From contig NC_135822.1 of NCBI RefSeq assembly GCF_964213995.1, forward strand, positions 53,010,001-53,074,000: a DNA stretch of 64,000 nucleotides, in the 5' to 3' direction. Position 1 is the stretch's first letter. Every line of letters starts with the position of its first letter. The notes beneath the pieces were generated by a model, which had not been told where the DNA came from, ran no database searches, and saw only the letters and a program-made list of their open reading frames with translations. This document shows, in pieces, positions 25,173-37,335 of the stretch. The position numbers and the translations under genes were made by a program. The stretch is from Mustelus asterias (taxonomy: Eukaryota).

Positions 25173-26419
25173 CTCTTCTTGTTCTCTTTTATTTCAGATA
25201 GTGACATTCCATTCTTAACATTAATTCATAAAACACGAATATTCTGACGTTCTCCTCATTAAATTAGTCGCTCCTTTTAACAATCTATTCCGTGAACGGT
25301 TAGATGAAGCTACTGGTGCGATTGTGCCTCCCCCAGCTCATCGATATTAGTTCCTGATGTTTCATATTTACTCATCAAACGACATCAGAAATTTGTCCAC
25401 GACTTTCTTAAATTCCGCTAGTCTGATTAATCGATGGAAACAATTCCACAGAAAGGAAAAATCAATATATCCATCAATTTATCATCCATGATTCAAACAA
25501 TGCAAATGCGTGACATTGCTACAGATACCTTCCCCAAGTGGAGCACCTGCCCCGACAACCGGTTCAGCATATGGTGAAGACCGTTAAAGCACTTTCCTAG
25601 CAATTTCTTGGTGCATGTGAGAAATAAAACTACCTCTGCTTCAAACAAGGGAGTATTTTGCCAAATGCTTGAAACGTGAAATCCAACGACACCGAAATGC
25701 ATTCAGCCCATGGAACATGGTCTGGTAGTTTGAAAGTGGCTTCCAATTAGTCCCACATCATCTCCCTCTAACATTTCATCATATCTCCTGATCAGCACAT
25801 CCTTCCAGTCGTTCTTTCTCATACTTTTATCAAGCGTTCCAAAACTGAATTAATACTATTCTCCCGCACCCACTCCCATGGAACGAGTTCTCTATTGTCC
25901 CCGCACTTTGGGTAAATAGATTGCTTCCGAATTCCCCACAAGATTTGTGAGCAATTATCTAATATTGCTGACGGCTGATTGAGTCTCCCCTATTCAATTT
26001 ACTCCACCCTCAGTTCAAACCCATATCTGTGCATTTAGGCTTCTCGTCAATATTTTATCGAATTCATTTTAAAAACGTACGATTGAATCTGCGTGGATCA
26101 CTCTTTGAGGCAGTCCATTCTCGTTTGTATAACTGATTTAAACAGATTCTCCCCACCATCTCGAACTTTTGCTCATGGTTCTGTATTTCTGTTCTCTGTT
26201 GATACTTCTGTTCCTGATCTGCTCAGCACCGGAAATGGCTGTTAATGAAAAGGCAAAATATTCCGGATGCTGGAAATCTGAAATAAAACCGAAAATGCTA
26301 GAATTCAGGTCTGGCAACATCCGTGGCGAGAATTTAAGTTATCTTCTCAACTCAGATGGTGCCTCAACTGCTGAATATTTCCAGCATTTCTACTTTTTCT
26401 CAGGAAATGACTACACAGG

Positions 26420-27660
26420 AACATCGAAACATAGAAGATAGGAGCAGGAGGAGGCCATTTGGCCCTTCGAGCCTGCTCCGCCATTTATTACGATCATGGC
26501 TGTTCAGCCAACTCAATATCCTAATCCTGCTTTCTCCTCATAACCTTTGATCCCATTCGCCCCAAGTGCTATATCCAGCCGCCTCTCCAATACATTCAAT
26601 GTTTTGGCATCAACTATTTCCTGTGGTAATGAATTCCACAGGCTCACCACTTTTTGCGTGAAGAAATGTCTCCTCACCTCCGTCCTAAATGGTCTACCCC
26701 GAATCCTCAGACTATTATCCCTGGTTCTGGACGGCCCCACCATCGGGAATATCCTCCCTGCATCTACCCTGTCTAGTCCTGTTTGAATTTTATATGTCTC
26801 CATGAGATCCCCTCCTCTTCGTCTGAACTCCAGTGAAAACAATCCTAACCTAGCCAATCTCTCCTCATACATCAGTCCCGCCATCCCGGAATCAACCTGG
26901 TAAACCTACGCTGCACTCCCTCAAGAGTAAGAACATCCTTCTTCAGAAAAGGAGACCGAAACTGCATACAATCCCCTGGGTGTGGCCTCGTCAAGGCCCT
27001 GTATAATTGCAAAAACACATCCCTGCTCCTGTACTCGAAACCTCTCGCAATGAAGGCCAACGTGCCATTTGCCTTCTTTACCGCCTGCTGTACCTGCATG
27101 CTTGCCTTCAGTGACTGGTGCACAAGGATACCCGGTGCCGCTGCACACTCCCCTCTCCCAATTTACAGCCATTCAGGAGGTAATCTGCCTTCTTGTTTTT
27201 GCTTCCAAAGTGAATATCCTCACATTTATCCAAATTATACTGCATGTGGCATTGATTTGCCCACTCACCCAACCTGTCCAGATCATTCTGAAGGATCTCT
27301 GCACCCACGTCACAGTTCACCCTCCCACCCAACTTGGTATCATCTGCGAACTTTGAGATGTTACATTTTGTTCCCTCATTCAAATCATTGATACATATAT
27401 TGTGAACAGCTGGGGTCCCAGCACTGATTCCTTTGGCACCCCACTAGGTACGGCCTGCCAATTTGAAAAGCAAACATTAATTCTTACTCTTTGTTTCCTC
27501 TCTGCCAATCTGTTTTCTATCCATCTCAATACACTTCCCCCAACTCCATGTGCTTTAATCTTGCATGATAATCTCTTGTGCGGGACTTTGTGAAATACTT
27601 TCTGCAAGTCCAAATATACCACATCTACTGGTTCCCCCTTGTAAACTCTACCAGTTACAA
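26420..27660 (-). mobile_element. CR1-type LINE, 5'-truncated
   Basis: Minus-strand VYLDLQKVFHKVPH, KFADDTKLGG, FFTQKVVSLWNSLP. Confidence 0.88.
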
Positions 27661-27875
27661 CTTCAACTCGTTCTAGTTACATCTTCAAACGATGACTAGT
27701 TACATCTTGAAAGAATCTTCAAACACATCCCATTCTGGGGACCAATGAGAAAACAAATAAAGATTTGTCCCTCCCATCCGACTATTTTTCATTAAGGACA
27801 TGGGGACAGCAAATTCCACTCAGTGCTCAGAACTTTGTGAGCCTTGTTAACACATGGATCTTTCAACTTCCGGAG

Positions 27876-28894
27876 ATATCTCCGTCTCAGCTCTGGGCTC
27901 TGTTGCTGATGTTACCTGGTAAAGTTAAGTGAAACGGTGAGGAATCAGTGATCCTTGCTGTTAAAGGCATTTGATAATTACCTTATTGCCCGGGGAACTG
28001 GATATAGAAGAAGGAGTCTGTTGGGTCAGCATGGCTGCCACACCTGTAAAACTGACTTTGGCAAGAGAGGGAAGTTAACCTTGACACCCCGCTCCTCACT
28101 CCCTGGGGGTTAATTCACATCCATTGACGATGCGGAATCTGTACATCTGTTCGGACGCCAGTATCTCAATCTTCCTATCCCTGTCTCTGTTTTCCGCTGT
28201 GTATGTCGGTCTCTCTTTGTTTTCTCTCTCTATGCTGACTCTCCTTTTCTGCGTTTGTTTCTCTAAGCCTCTGGTTGTTCTCCTCGATCCCATTATGTCA
28301 CCCTATCCATTTATTTATCCCGACGATTGATCTTGGTTTTCCGTTTTGTTGTTCTATCCCTCCTTCTCTCTGTCCCGCTCATTATCTCCCTATCTTGTTC
28401 TCCCTCGTCTGTCTTTTGATGTTTCGTATGTTTCTCATCTTTAGATGCCTTTCCCTGTGAGATTGCATATCCCTCTCTCTCACTCACTCCCATACTCCTG
28501 TTCATCCATTCACATCTATCTTTCATGCTCACTGCTTGTGCCCTTCACGGGGTGTCAAGGTTAACTTCCCTCTCCTGCCAAAGTCAGTTTTATAGGTGTG
28601 GCAGCCATGCTGACCCAACAGACTCCTTCTTCTATGTCCAGTTCCCCGGGCAATAAAGTCATTATCAAATGCCTTTAACAGAAGCAACATCTGGCACCTA
28701 TTGCTACTGGTATCGATGGCCTGCTGACCGTAAGCCTCAAAACCTTTTCTATTCCAACTTTGCTGGTACAGTCAATCCCCCCCTGTAATGTGGACGGTTT
28801 CAGTGAGTAGACCCGACGACACCCACTTTTACCTGGAGTCCTCTAGCCTTTTCAGGCGAATCAGTCGGCTGAGTATTATTGCGCCGAGAGTGAA
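27876..28894 (+). pseudogene. TRBV: TCR beta V-h pseudogene, the most D-proximal V seen; leader 27876-27918, V exon 28584-28894
   Basis: Leader start mutated to ATA (ISPSQLWALLLMLP). V reads VAAMLTQQTP...VIIKCL*, with frameshifts, and ends QSAEYYCAESE. Heptamer decayed to CGTTGTG. Confidence 0.87.
27958..28681. repeat. 134-bp inverted repeat (27958-28091 vs 28548-28681)
   Basis: 27958-28091 is the reverse complement of the V-h acceptor region and first 98 nt of the exon, with about 5 mismatches. Confidence 0.92.
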
Positions 28895-28939
28895 CGTTGT
28901 GAATTACAGAGATTAAAGAGCTCGAGAAAATTCCTAACC

Positions 28940-31672
28940 CCTACAGCAGACACCGCATCCTGGACACCAAGATTGATTCCATATTCTCAACTTGCACTCA
29001 GGATGCAGACCAACCGCGAAAAAATGTCAAGCAGACGAGACAATGGAACTACGCCATCTACATGCACACCAAGAGCAGGAAATTTGATAAACTTGGCATA
29101 ATCCCCAGCAGCAACCAAGCTTCCCCCCGGTACCACAGTAGAAAACAGTATCACGGCAGTGAAGTCCATTGTCAACTTGTCAGACAACTACCTCCAGCCT
29201 GACGAAATCGAAGTTCTCAGTCGAGGGCTCAATTCTTGCCCCACCACCAAAATGGATCCCATCAGTCTCGCAGCTGATACAGAGGAATTTATCAGGCGAA
29301 TGAGGTCCCGGGAGTTTTTCCACAAACCCCAAGAGGCCAATAGTGAACCCAATGATACAGCCAATCAACCGGACCAGCCGACAGAGAAATCCGCGGTGCA
29401 GCGACCGAAGAGGAAAGAGTCGAATTGGACTCCTCTGGAAGGCCTCTGCCCTCCACTCGACATGTATGCCCAAGCCGTTAGGAGGTGCGTCAACGCCAGC
29501 TTCGTCAGCCACACTCACAAGACAGCCCCGAATGTCACCCAAGCACAACGCGACACCATCCACTCTCTCAAGACCAACTGCAACATTGTCATCAAACCAG
29601 CAGACAAAGGTGGGGGCACCGTCATACTGAACAGAACGGATTACTGCAAAGAAGTGTAATGACAACTGAACAACGAGGAACACTACAGGCAGTTACCCGC
29701 AGATCCGACCAAAGAACACATCCGTTAACTCAACAGACTGATCAAGACATTTGATCTTGACCTTCAGAGTACCCTCCGTGCTCTCATCCCACGTAGTCCT
29801 CACGTTGGAAATCTCTACTGCCTCCCGAAGATACACAAGGCCAACACATCCGGCCGTCCCAAAGAATCAGGCAATGGGACCCTGTATGAGAACCTCTCTG
29901 GCGACGTCGAGGGCATCCTGAAACCCATCGTACAAAGGACCTCCACCTTCTGTCATGACATGACGGACTTCTTACAAAAACGCGGCACCCATGGAGCAAC
30001 TGAACCAGGAACACTCCTCATCACAATGGATGTCTCAGCACTCTGCACCAGCATCCCCCACTTCAACGGCATTGCTGCAACTGCCTCAGTACTGAAAACA
30101 GACAACTGTCAATCTCCAGAAGCAATTCTACAACTCATTCGCTTCATCCTCCACCACAATGTCTTCACCATCAACAACCAGTTCTTCATCCAGACACATG
30201 GAACAGCCATGGGGACCAGATTCGCACTTCAATATGCCAACATCTTCATGCACAGGTTCGAACAAGATTTCTTCACAGCACAGGACCTTCACCAACGCTA
30301 TATACTACATACATCAATGAAGTTTTCTTCATTTGGACTCACGGCGAAGAATCACTGAAACAACTAGATGATGACATCAACAATTTCCACCCCAGCATCA
30401 GACTCACCATGAACTACACTCCAGAATCAGTTACATTCTTGGACACACGCACCTCCATCAAGGATGGTCACCTCAGCACTTCACTGTACCGCAAGCCCAC
30501 GGATAACCTCACAATGCTCCACTTCTCCAGCTTCCACCCGAAACACGTTAAAGAAGCCATCCCCTACGTTCAAGCCCTCCATATACACAGGATCTGCTCA
30601 GATGAGGAGGATTGCAACGGACTCCCACATACACGGAAAGGCGCCCTCGTAAGCACGGGACATGGCTCTCAATTCATCGATTGATAGGTCCGACGTGCCA
30701 TTGTGAAAAACTGCACAGACTTCCTCAGAAGACAAACATGGGAGACAGCAGACAAAGGACACTTCGTCGTCCAGTACTTCTCCAGAGCGGAGAAGCTATA
30801 ACATTTTCTCCAGAGCCTTCAACATGTCATGAATGAAGACGAACTTCTCGCCAAGGCCATCGTCACAACTATACCATTTGCCTTCAAAGAACTGCGCAAC
30901 TTCAAACAGACCATTGTAGGCAGAAAATTACCCATCCTTCAGGAGAACAGTGACCATGACACCACACAACCCTTCCGCACCAACCTCTGCAAGACGTGCC
31001 GGATCATCGACACGGATGCCATCATCTCACGTGAGAACACCATCGACCGGGTACACATTACATCTTCTTGCGACTCGGCCAACATTGTCTCCCTGATACC
31101 TTGCAGGAAAGGATGTCGCTCGGCATGGTTCCTTGGCAAAACCATGCAGACGCTATGACAATGAATGAATGGAACCGCTCGACAATCACCAGGGAGGAGT
31201 GTTTCCTTCCTGTCGGGAAATACTTCAGCAGCCTCTGATCTTCAGGTAAGCGTTCTCCAAGGCGGCCTTTAAGACACACGACAACACAGAATTGCCGAGC
31301 AGAAACTGATAGCCAAGTACTGAACACATGAGGACGGCCTCAATCGGAATCTTGGGTTCATGTCACACTATCTGTAACACCCACGACTTGCCTGGGCTTG
31401 CAAAATCTCACTAACTCTCCTGGCTTGAGACAATTTTCACCTCTTTAACCTGTGCTTAACCCTCTCTCCACTCGCATTGTCTGCACCTGGAAATGCTTAA
31501 TTACCTGTTAAGACTCGCATTGCAACCATTATCTTGTAATTGAGTTTGTGTCTATATCTGCCCTGTTTGTGAAACAAATCCTGCACTCAGCTGATGAAGG
31601 AGCAGCGGTCCGAAAGCTCGTGCTAGCAAATAAACCTGTTGGACTTTAACCTGGTGTTGTGAAACTACTTAC
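28940..31672 (+). mobile_element. Penelope-like retroelement (RT + GIY-YIG), degenerate
   Basis: IKPADKGG, YCLPKIHK, MDVSALCTSIP, GTAMGTRFA, FLDTRT, LYRKPTD...SSFHP, and GIY-YIG-like CDSANIVSLIPC...WFLGKT. Inserted just after the V-h nonamer; V 3' flank sequence resumes near 31673. Confidence 0.9.
31584..31622 (+). ncRNA. Minimal hammerhead ribozyme motif in the Penelope terminal repeat
   Basis: CTGATGA-A-GGAG(cagcg)GTCC-GAAA-GC-TC-GTG core; mismatches in stems I and II. Confidence 0.6.
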
Positions 31673-31727
31673 AGGGTCAAAATATAGTTATAGCCAATTG
31701 AACGCGCATGTCTGTCAACCTTTTACG

Positions 31728-32214
31728 NNNNNNNNNNNNNNNNNNNNNNNNNNNNNNNNNNNNNNNNNNNNNNNNNNNNNNNNNNNNNNNNNNNNNNNNN
31801 NNNNNNNNNNNNNNNNNNNNNNNNNNNNNNNNNNNNNNNNNNNNNNNNNNNNNNNNNNNNNNNNNNNNNNNNNNNNNNNNNNNNNNNNNNNNNNNNNNNN
31901 NNNNNNNNNNNNNNNNNNNNNNNNNNNNNNNNNNNNNNNNNNNNNNNNNNNNNNNNNNNNNNNNNNNNNNNNNNNNNNNNNNNNNNNNNNNNNNNNNNNN
32001 NNNNNNNNNNNNNNNNNNNNNNNNNNNNNNNNNNNNNNNNNNNNNNNNNNNNNNNNNNNNNNNNNNNNNNNNNNNNNNNNNNNNNNNNNNNNNNNNNNNN
32101 NNNNNNNNNNNNNNNNNNNNNNNNNNNNNNNNNNNNNNNNNNNNNNNNNNNNNNNNNNNNNNNNNNNNNNNNNNNNNNNNNNNNNNNNNNNNNNNNNNNN
32201 NNNNNNNNNNNNNN
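31728..32214. other. Assembly gap (487 N)
   Basis: Run of N. Confidence 1.
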
Positions 32215-33006
32215 TATCTATCTTTAAATCTATCTATCTGTTTATTTGTGCATCTGTCTGTCTCTCTGTCTGACAATCTATTGATCTGTGTATCTGTCTC
32301 TCTGTCTGCCTGGCTCTCTGTGCTACTGAGTATCTCTTGTGCTGTCTTCCTTTGTCTGCCTGCTTTCCATCGAGATAACAACCTATTCATCTCATATATC
32401 GGTCTATTATCAATCGATCTCTCTCTCCCATCACTGTCTTACTATCTATCTATTTACCATTAAACGCCATTTTTACACTCTAACATTTTCATCAGCGATA
32501 TAAACAAATTATGTGATTTTATTGAAATTGATTCATCGTGTGGCTTCATTTCATTTCAGACTATCTGCAGACACTGTTAATTATTGGAAATTCAGCATTC
32601 CTGCTGTGATTCCTTTGCCGTAACCGTTTCACAAGTTATGAGGTGGGTTGAATGGTGTAGTTGAAAATCAGAGGAGGTGTTTGACAATGAATTAAACATA
32701 GCTACCGATTATGCCGGTGTATATTCCCCAGGTTCTCACTTTCCGAGGAAATGGTCATCCCAACCGATATTCGCATTAATGCACTAGTCACAAGACAGGC
32801 ACTTGTTATCATAGAATCACAGATATAGCACAGGAGTGGGGGAAAGTGGGGGTTGGAGTTGTTGTTTGGCCCTCCTGCCTGGATTTGGCTGTTTGAAAGT
32901 GGCATCAATCCAGTTACCATTCGCAGATCACTCCTCTCTCGCACGAACATTACACAGTCTTGCCTGGTGAAAGTTTCGATTGAATCTGCTTCCAGATTGA
33001 AGGCCT

Positions 33007-33041
33007 CACCTGATGAAGGGGAAATGCTCCGAAAGCTCGTG
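33007..33041 (+). ncRNA. Minimal hammerhead ribozyme motif in a solo Penelope terminal repeat (repeat spans about 33005-33128)
   Basis: CAC-CTGATGA-A-GGGG(aaatg)CTCC-GAAA-GC-TC-GTG: stem I CAC/GTG, stem II, and palindromic AGCT at stem III. Confidence 0.68.
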
Positions 33042-33636
33042 CTACCAAATAAACCTGTTGGACTTTAACCTGGCGTTGTGAGGCTACTTACTGTGCCTTC
33101 CCCAGTCCAACACCAGAAACTCCACATCATTTCAGTATACTCTCATATCATCAATCCAAACACTTCGCGTGTAAGAAAGTCATTCAAATCTTCCCTTATC
33201 GTATCTGCTGCAAGGGTACCATTTCCACACAAACAGGAAACAGTTAATGCAGGTCGCCAGCAATCTCTCAATAACCATTACCACATTGCAAAGACCAGTT
33301 ATCTCAGTGATACACCGGACTCTTGAAGGCAGTTTGCACATCCGTTGAAAGCCGTTAACTCACCGTTTATCAGACATTCGGTACCTGGTGGAGAGTTGGT
33401 AAATCATCTTATACTTCCTTCCGGAGAAGACCGAATCCTTTAATTTCCGTTGGAACTCGATGTATGTACGATTTTCGTTCATACCACGAAAACCATGGAA
33501 TCACAGGTGACAGAACAAGGCCATTCAGGCCTTCGAGTCGGTCCCGCCTGCTTCAACAAGCTCCCCATTTGGTCCCACGTGACTAGAGGAGGATCTGTCA
33601 ACTCTCTTCATGTCAACGAATCAGTAACTCTTTCTC

Positions 33637-33865
33637 CGCCCCCGCCCCCATCACCCTACCCACCCCTCCCCCCCTCCGCCACCCCCCCCCCGGCCACCCA
33701 CCCCCCCCCCCCGCCCCCCCCCCCCCCCCGCCCCCCTCTCCCTGCCATGCATTGTTCAACTCTTCCTCAAATGCACTCGCTTTTTGATCAGCAGGGGACT
33801 CAAGGGTTCATGTGGGCGGGGGTGGGGGGCGGTGCTGGGGGAGGGTGGGCTGGAGGTGATGGGGA
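33637..33865. repeat. Low-complexity C-rich then G-rich tracts
   Basis: Poly-C runs at 33637-33742 and G-rich runs at 33814-33865. Confidence 0.8.
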
Positions 33866-36820
33866 CAGCCAGGAACGCGGAGCCGAAGGCACAACCAGAT
33901 CTGCCATTTAACTAAATTGGAGCAGATTCGAGGGGCGGAAAGGACCATTCCTGCTCCTAATTCCTGTTCTCTTGAGTTGTATTTTACCCGTCCGCAAATG
34001 GGAAAATCTTCTCTCTGTCTACTGGACCAATGCGCTTCATGATTCAGAACACTTGCAGCAAAATTCCTCGCAACTGTCTTTCGTCTGAGGAGATCGACCA
34101 ATTTCGCTAAGCCATCATTCCCTTTCTGCCTCTTTCCCTGTGTCTTAACGCTTGACTATTTCTCCGAATCAATTTTTAAATGTCCTCTCTCTCACGAAGG
34201 AGTGGTGCTGTTTGGTGAACGCCAATGCACTTGCCTCAATAATGCTATTCCTTTATTCTAAACATGCTACTCAGGAGCGACTGCCGGTACTTCACAGAGA
34301 CCGCTGGATGCTCTCCTGCATTAACCATTCATAGGGCAATGCAGTTGCTGTTTAATGCCACAGGTAATTCGGGTGCGCTGGGCGCCTTTCTTTTTTATCG
34401 GCTTTCTACTGTTAACAGATTTAAGCTTCAATGTGACGCAATTCCCAACCATGTGGCGGCATCCCGCATTGCACTGCCGAATGCATCAGGGATGCTATCG
34501 TTTCTGGCGAAAATGCGTTTAGATCCTCTGCTGCTGGGTCCATTATTTCTGATGCGCTGATGGTCACGATTATGAAACTACTCTCTGACTTAGATCAACG
34601 AGTGATCGGCAGGCAAGCTAAGATTTCAAGATCTGATTCGGTAATGCATCATTACCCTCACATGTAATTTAATTTACTGCCATGGAAATCGTGTCAGAAA
34701 TTTAGTCGAGCAGGTTGGAAAAAGTTCATTCCACTGTCAACATGCTGAAGCATGGCCGCAGGTTTAATAATCAATTGTGGATGTGAATAGATTTTATTTT
34801 TACGCACCAAGATTTTTAATATGTGGAATGCACAACCTTAAATAATGGAAGAAGCGATTTGGGTTCTGACTTTCAAAACGGGAACTTGTCTCAACAAAAG
34901 AAAATGTTAAGCGGTGGGGAATAAGCAGAAACGGTGAAAGTGGCAGTGGGAGTTTAATTGAGTTGGGTACCTCCGGTTGATGCAGATGTCTTCCTATCGT
35001 GCTGTTTGACTCTATCTACATTTTCTGAGTGCTTTCTCGAACCGGATTGCCGACTAATTGACCAATAGTATCGTCTTATTAAAATATCGATGCACTGCAG
35101 AATTAATCTAAGGGACCATACTTGTTTTCCACCGTTTCCCTGGCAGGTCATGATACCCAGTACTTTCATCACTGATAACCATTCGGAAGCATTCACCGGT
35201 GTTGTTTTTACAATGACTCTGTCAATAGATCTCACTAGATCTCCCCGTCGGCCTCATGGAATACGAGTGGAGGGAAGAAGCAGCGAAGAATCTAAAATCA
35301 GTTGGCTCCACTCAGGCTGGCAGCCAAGAGACTTCGGGGCTGACCTTCAGGACTACAGCACAGCAGCGGTATTAGCAAAAATACTTTGATAAACACCGGC
35401 TTTAATGAAGATCATCTGGACATCACACATTGCTTTATCCAATGTAAAAGCAGACAATGGAACTATTCTCATTTATATTCTGTCTTTAATTTATATTAGT
35501 ACTCTGCGAACTTCTCTATTAGCTTTAAGCTTATAAGCAACCTAACCATTATAACCTTTGTTTGATCAGTAAAGTACTTAATCCTGAGTAGCCAGAGAGG
35601 TCATAACGCCCATGAAATATACTGTCCAAAACATAGAGTCACTGAAAGGGGTCTGATTTAATACCTACTAAATTAAACTTTGAGACGGTGAGCACAAGAT
35701 ATCAATCATGAGGGTATGACAGCATATTTCCTACCCTGGACAAATGGGTAAGGAAGATAACAAAACATTTTGTTATTTTAACAATAAGTAGCAGAAATAA
35801 AATTCAATGAGAGGGATGGTTCCACAAGTAATTGACACTTTAGAGGGCCAGTTAGGGGGATATGGGAAACGATAACAATTGATGACCTCGAGAAATCAAT
35901 TAGAAACCGATCATGCCCATGTAGACTGTACGAGGGAGACTAGTGAATATGGACTATTCCAAAAAAAAATTAGGGCAGACAACAATCATGGCCTATTGAC
36001 GGTCAAAGGGTTACAATCGAGAAATCAAAATGAGTTAGTTACTTATTGAACAGACCCTTGTGGAGCGGGCGGTGGGGGTGAACACTGTATTGCGCAGTAC
36101 TAGAAAGCTGAGTGAAGCATCACCAAGCTAATGTACTGATGTGACAAAAGACAGAAACTGCCAGCCGAATGTGTACACGACTAAGCACGCCAAGCAAACA
36201 TGTCTGGAGTCCTCTGTAATTATTACATGGCCTGAGTTTGGAGATAAAGTTAACAGTGCATGGCAGAATCCTGATGGCAACAAACACGAGGGAAGAAATT
36301 ACATTGAGCCGAAGAGAGATAAGAAATAACAGATAGTTCCTAGGTTAGTAGGCACACTGCCTTGTGAACATCTGCAGTCATTTAATTTAAACCTAAAGCC
36401 AAACAATGTTGGGACGTCAACAATGCCTTCTCTACGTGACTTACAACATATAAATGTTGCATGGTTCTTCAACCAGAGTGGAGTCAAACCGTTCTCTGCG
36501 GTTGAGTTGCTTCAACGAGTTGGCAAATGAATAATTGTCCCCTGCTGGGTCACTTCTGAAATTATTTTGTATAATAATCTGATTCACAACATACATCAAT
36601 CAAAGATTGCTTTCGCAACCCTCAACCCAAATCAGAATTAACCTCTATTCATTTAGGCCAATTTGAATCCAATAACATCATTAGTCACTCTATGTGTTGT
36701 GGGTTGGAGCAGAACGTCGTATATTGCTGGCGCAGGGATTTGAGCGAACCATGCCAGCTTTAACGTTCATGCGAGAGAGTTCCAGAAGTGGCTGGAGGAG
36801 ATACTGAAAACATTCAAAGA

Positions 36821-37335
36821 TTGGGAGCATTCACGCCAATGCTACCGAACAATGTTGTAAAAGCTTTAGCTACTGCTACACGACAGGCAACATCACCTCC
36901 AGAATCTCCTATGTCAACAAGGAAGTTGCCCAATGCACCAAACAACTGCAGCAGCTAATTCAGGAGACAATGCAGTGTGAACATCAGGAGAGGGAGTATG
37001 AAAACGTGGAGTGTCCCATGAAAGCAGATAATAGACCATCAACAGATGATATTGATCCCAGTAACATGACGCCACCACCTAATGAGAAACTATCACCGGA
37101 CCAGCCATACCCATTATCTGCAGCCAGAAAGGAGTCGTCCATTGCTCGAGTTTATTCAGACAAGCATTGGGCATATCCTTCTGAGCAGATATGTTGGAAT
37201 GCAATGATCAAGAAAGGATGGCTCTGGTGGAATGTAAATATTACAGCTAATGATATGTCAAACATTATTAAGATCCATAATCAGAAAAATAAACAGTCCT
37301 TGAATGAAATCCTCAAGTAGGAAGCACGCCAAACC
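36821..37335 (+). pseudogene. HCCS: Processed pseudogene of holocytochrome c synthase
   Basis: HQEREYENVECPMK...IDPSNMTPPPNEKLSPDQPYPLSAARKESSI...WAYPSEQICWNAMIKKGW...DMSNIIKIHNQ...EILK*EA matches vertebrate HCCS (HQERAYEYVECP, DPSNLMPPPNQ, WVYPSEQMFWNAMLKKGW, IHNQNNE, EILKWEA). Frameshifted CPMH motifs lie upstream; no introns; 3' truncated. Confidence 0.88.

Noticed and set aside
31659-32463. ORFs of 204-251 aa
   Set aside because: Artefacts of the N gap.
33450-33911. Proline/glycine-rich ORF
   Set aside because: Produced by poly-C and poly-G tracts; no splice or domain support.
34200-34363. Exon-like segment with faint trypsinogen resemblance (LHRDRWMLS)
   Set aside because: No IVGG, CGG or AAHC motifs, and the resembling frames contain stops; needs TBLASTN to go further.
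35146-35389. ORF piece SPRRPHGIRVEGRSSEESKISW reminiscent of a fibronectin type III strand
   Set aside because: Too short; the rest of the domain and neighbouring exons are not evident.
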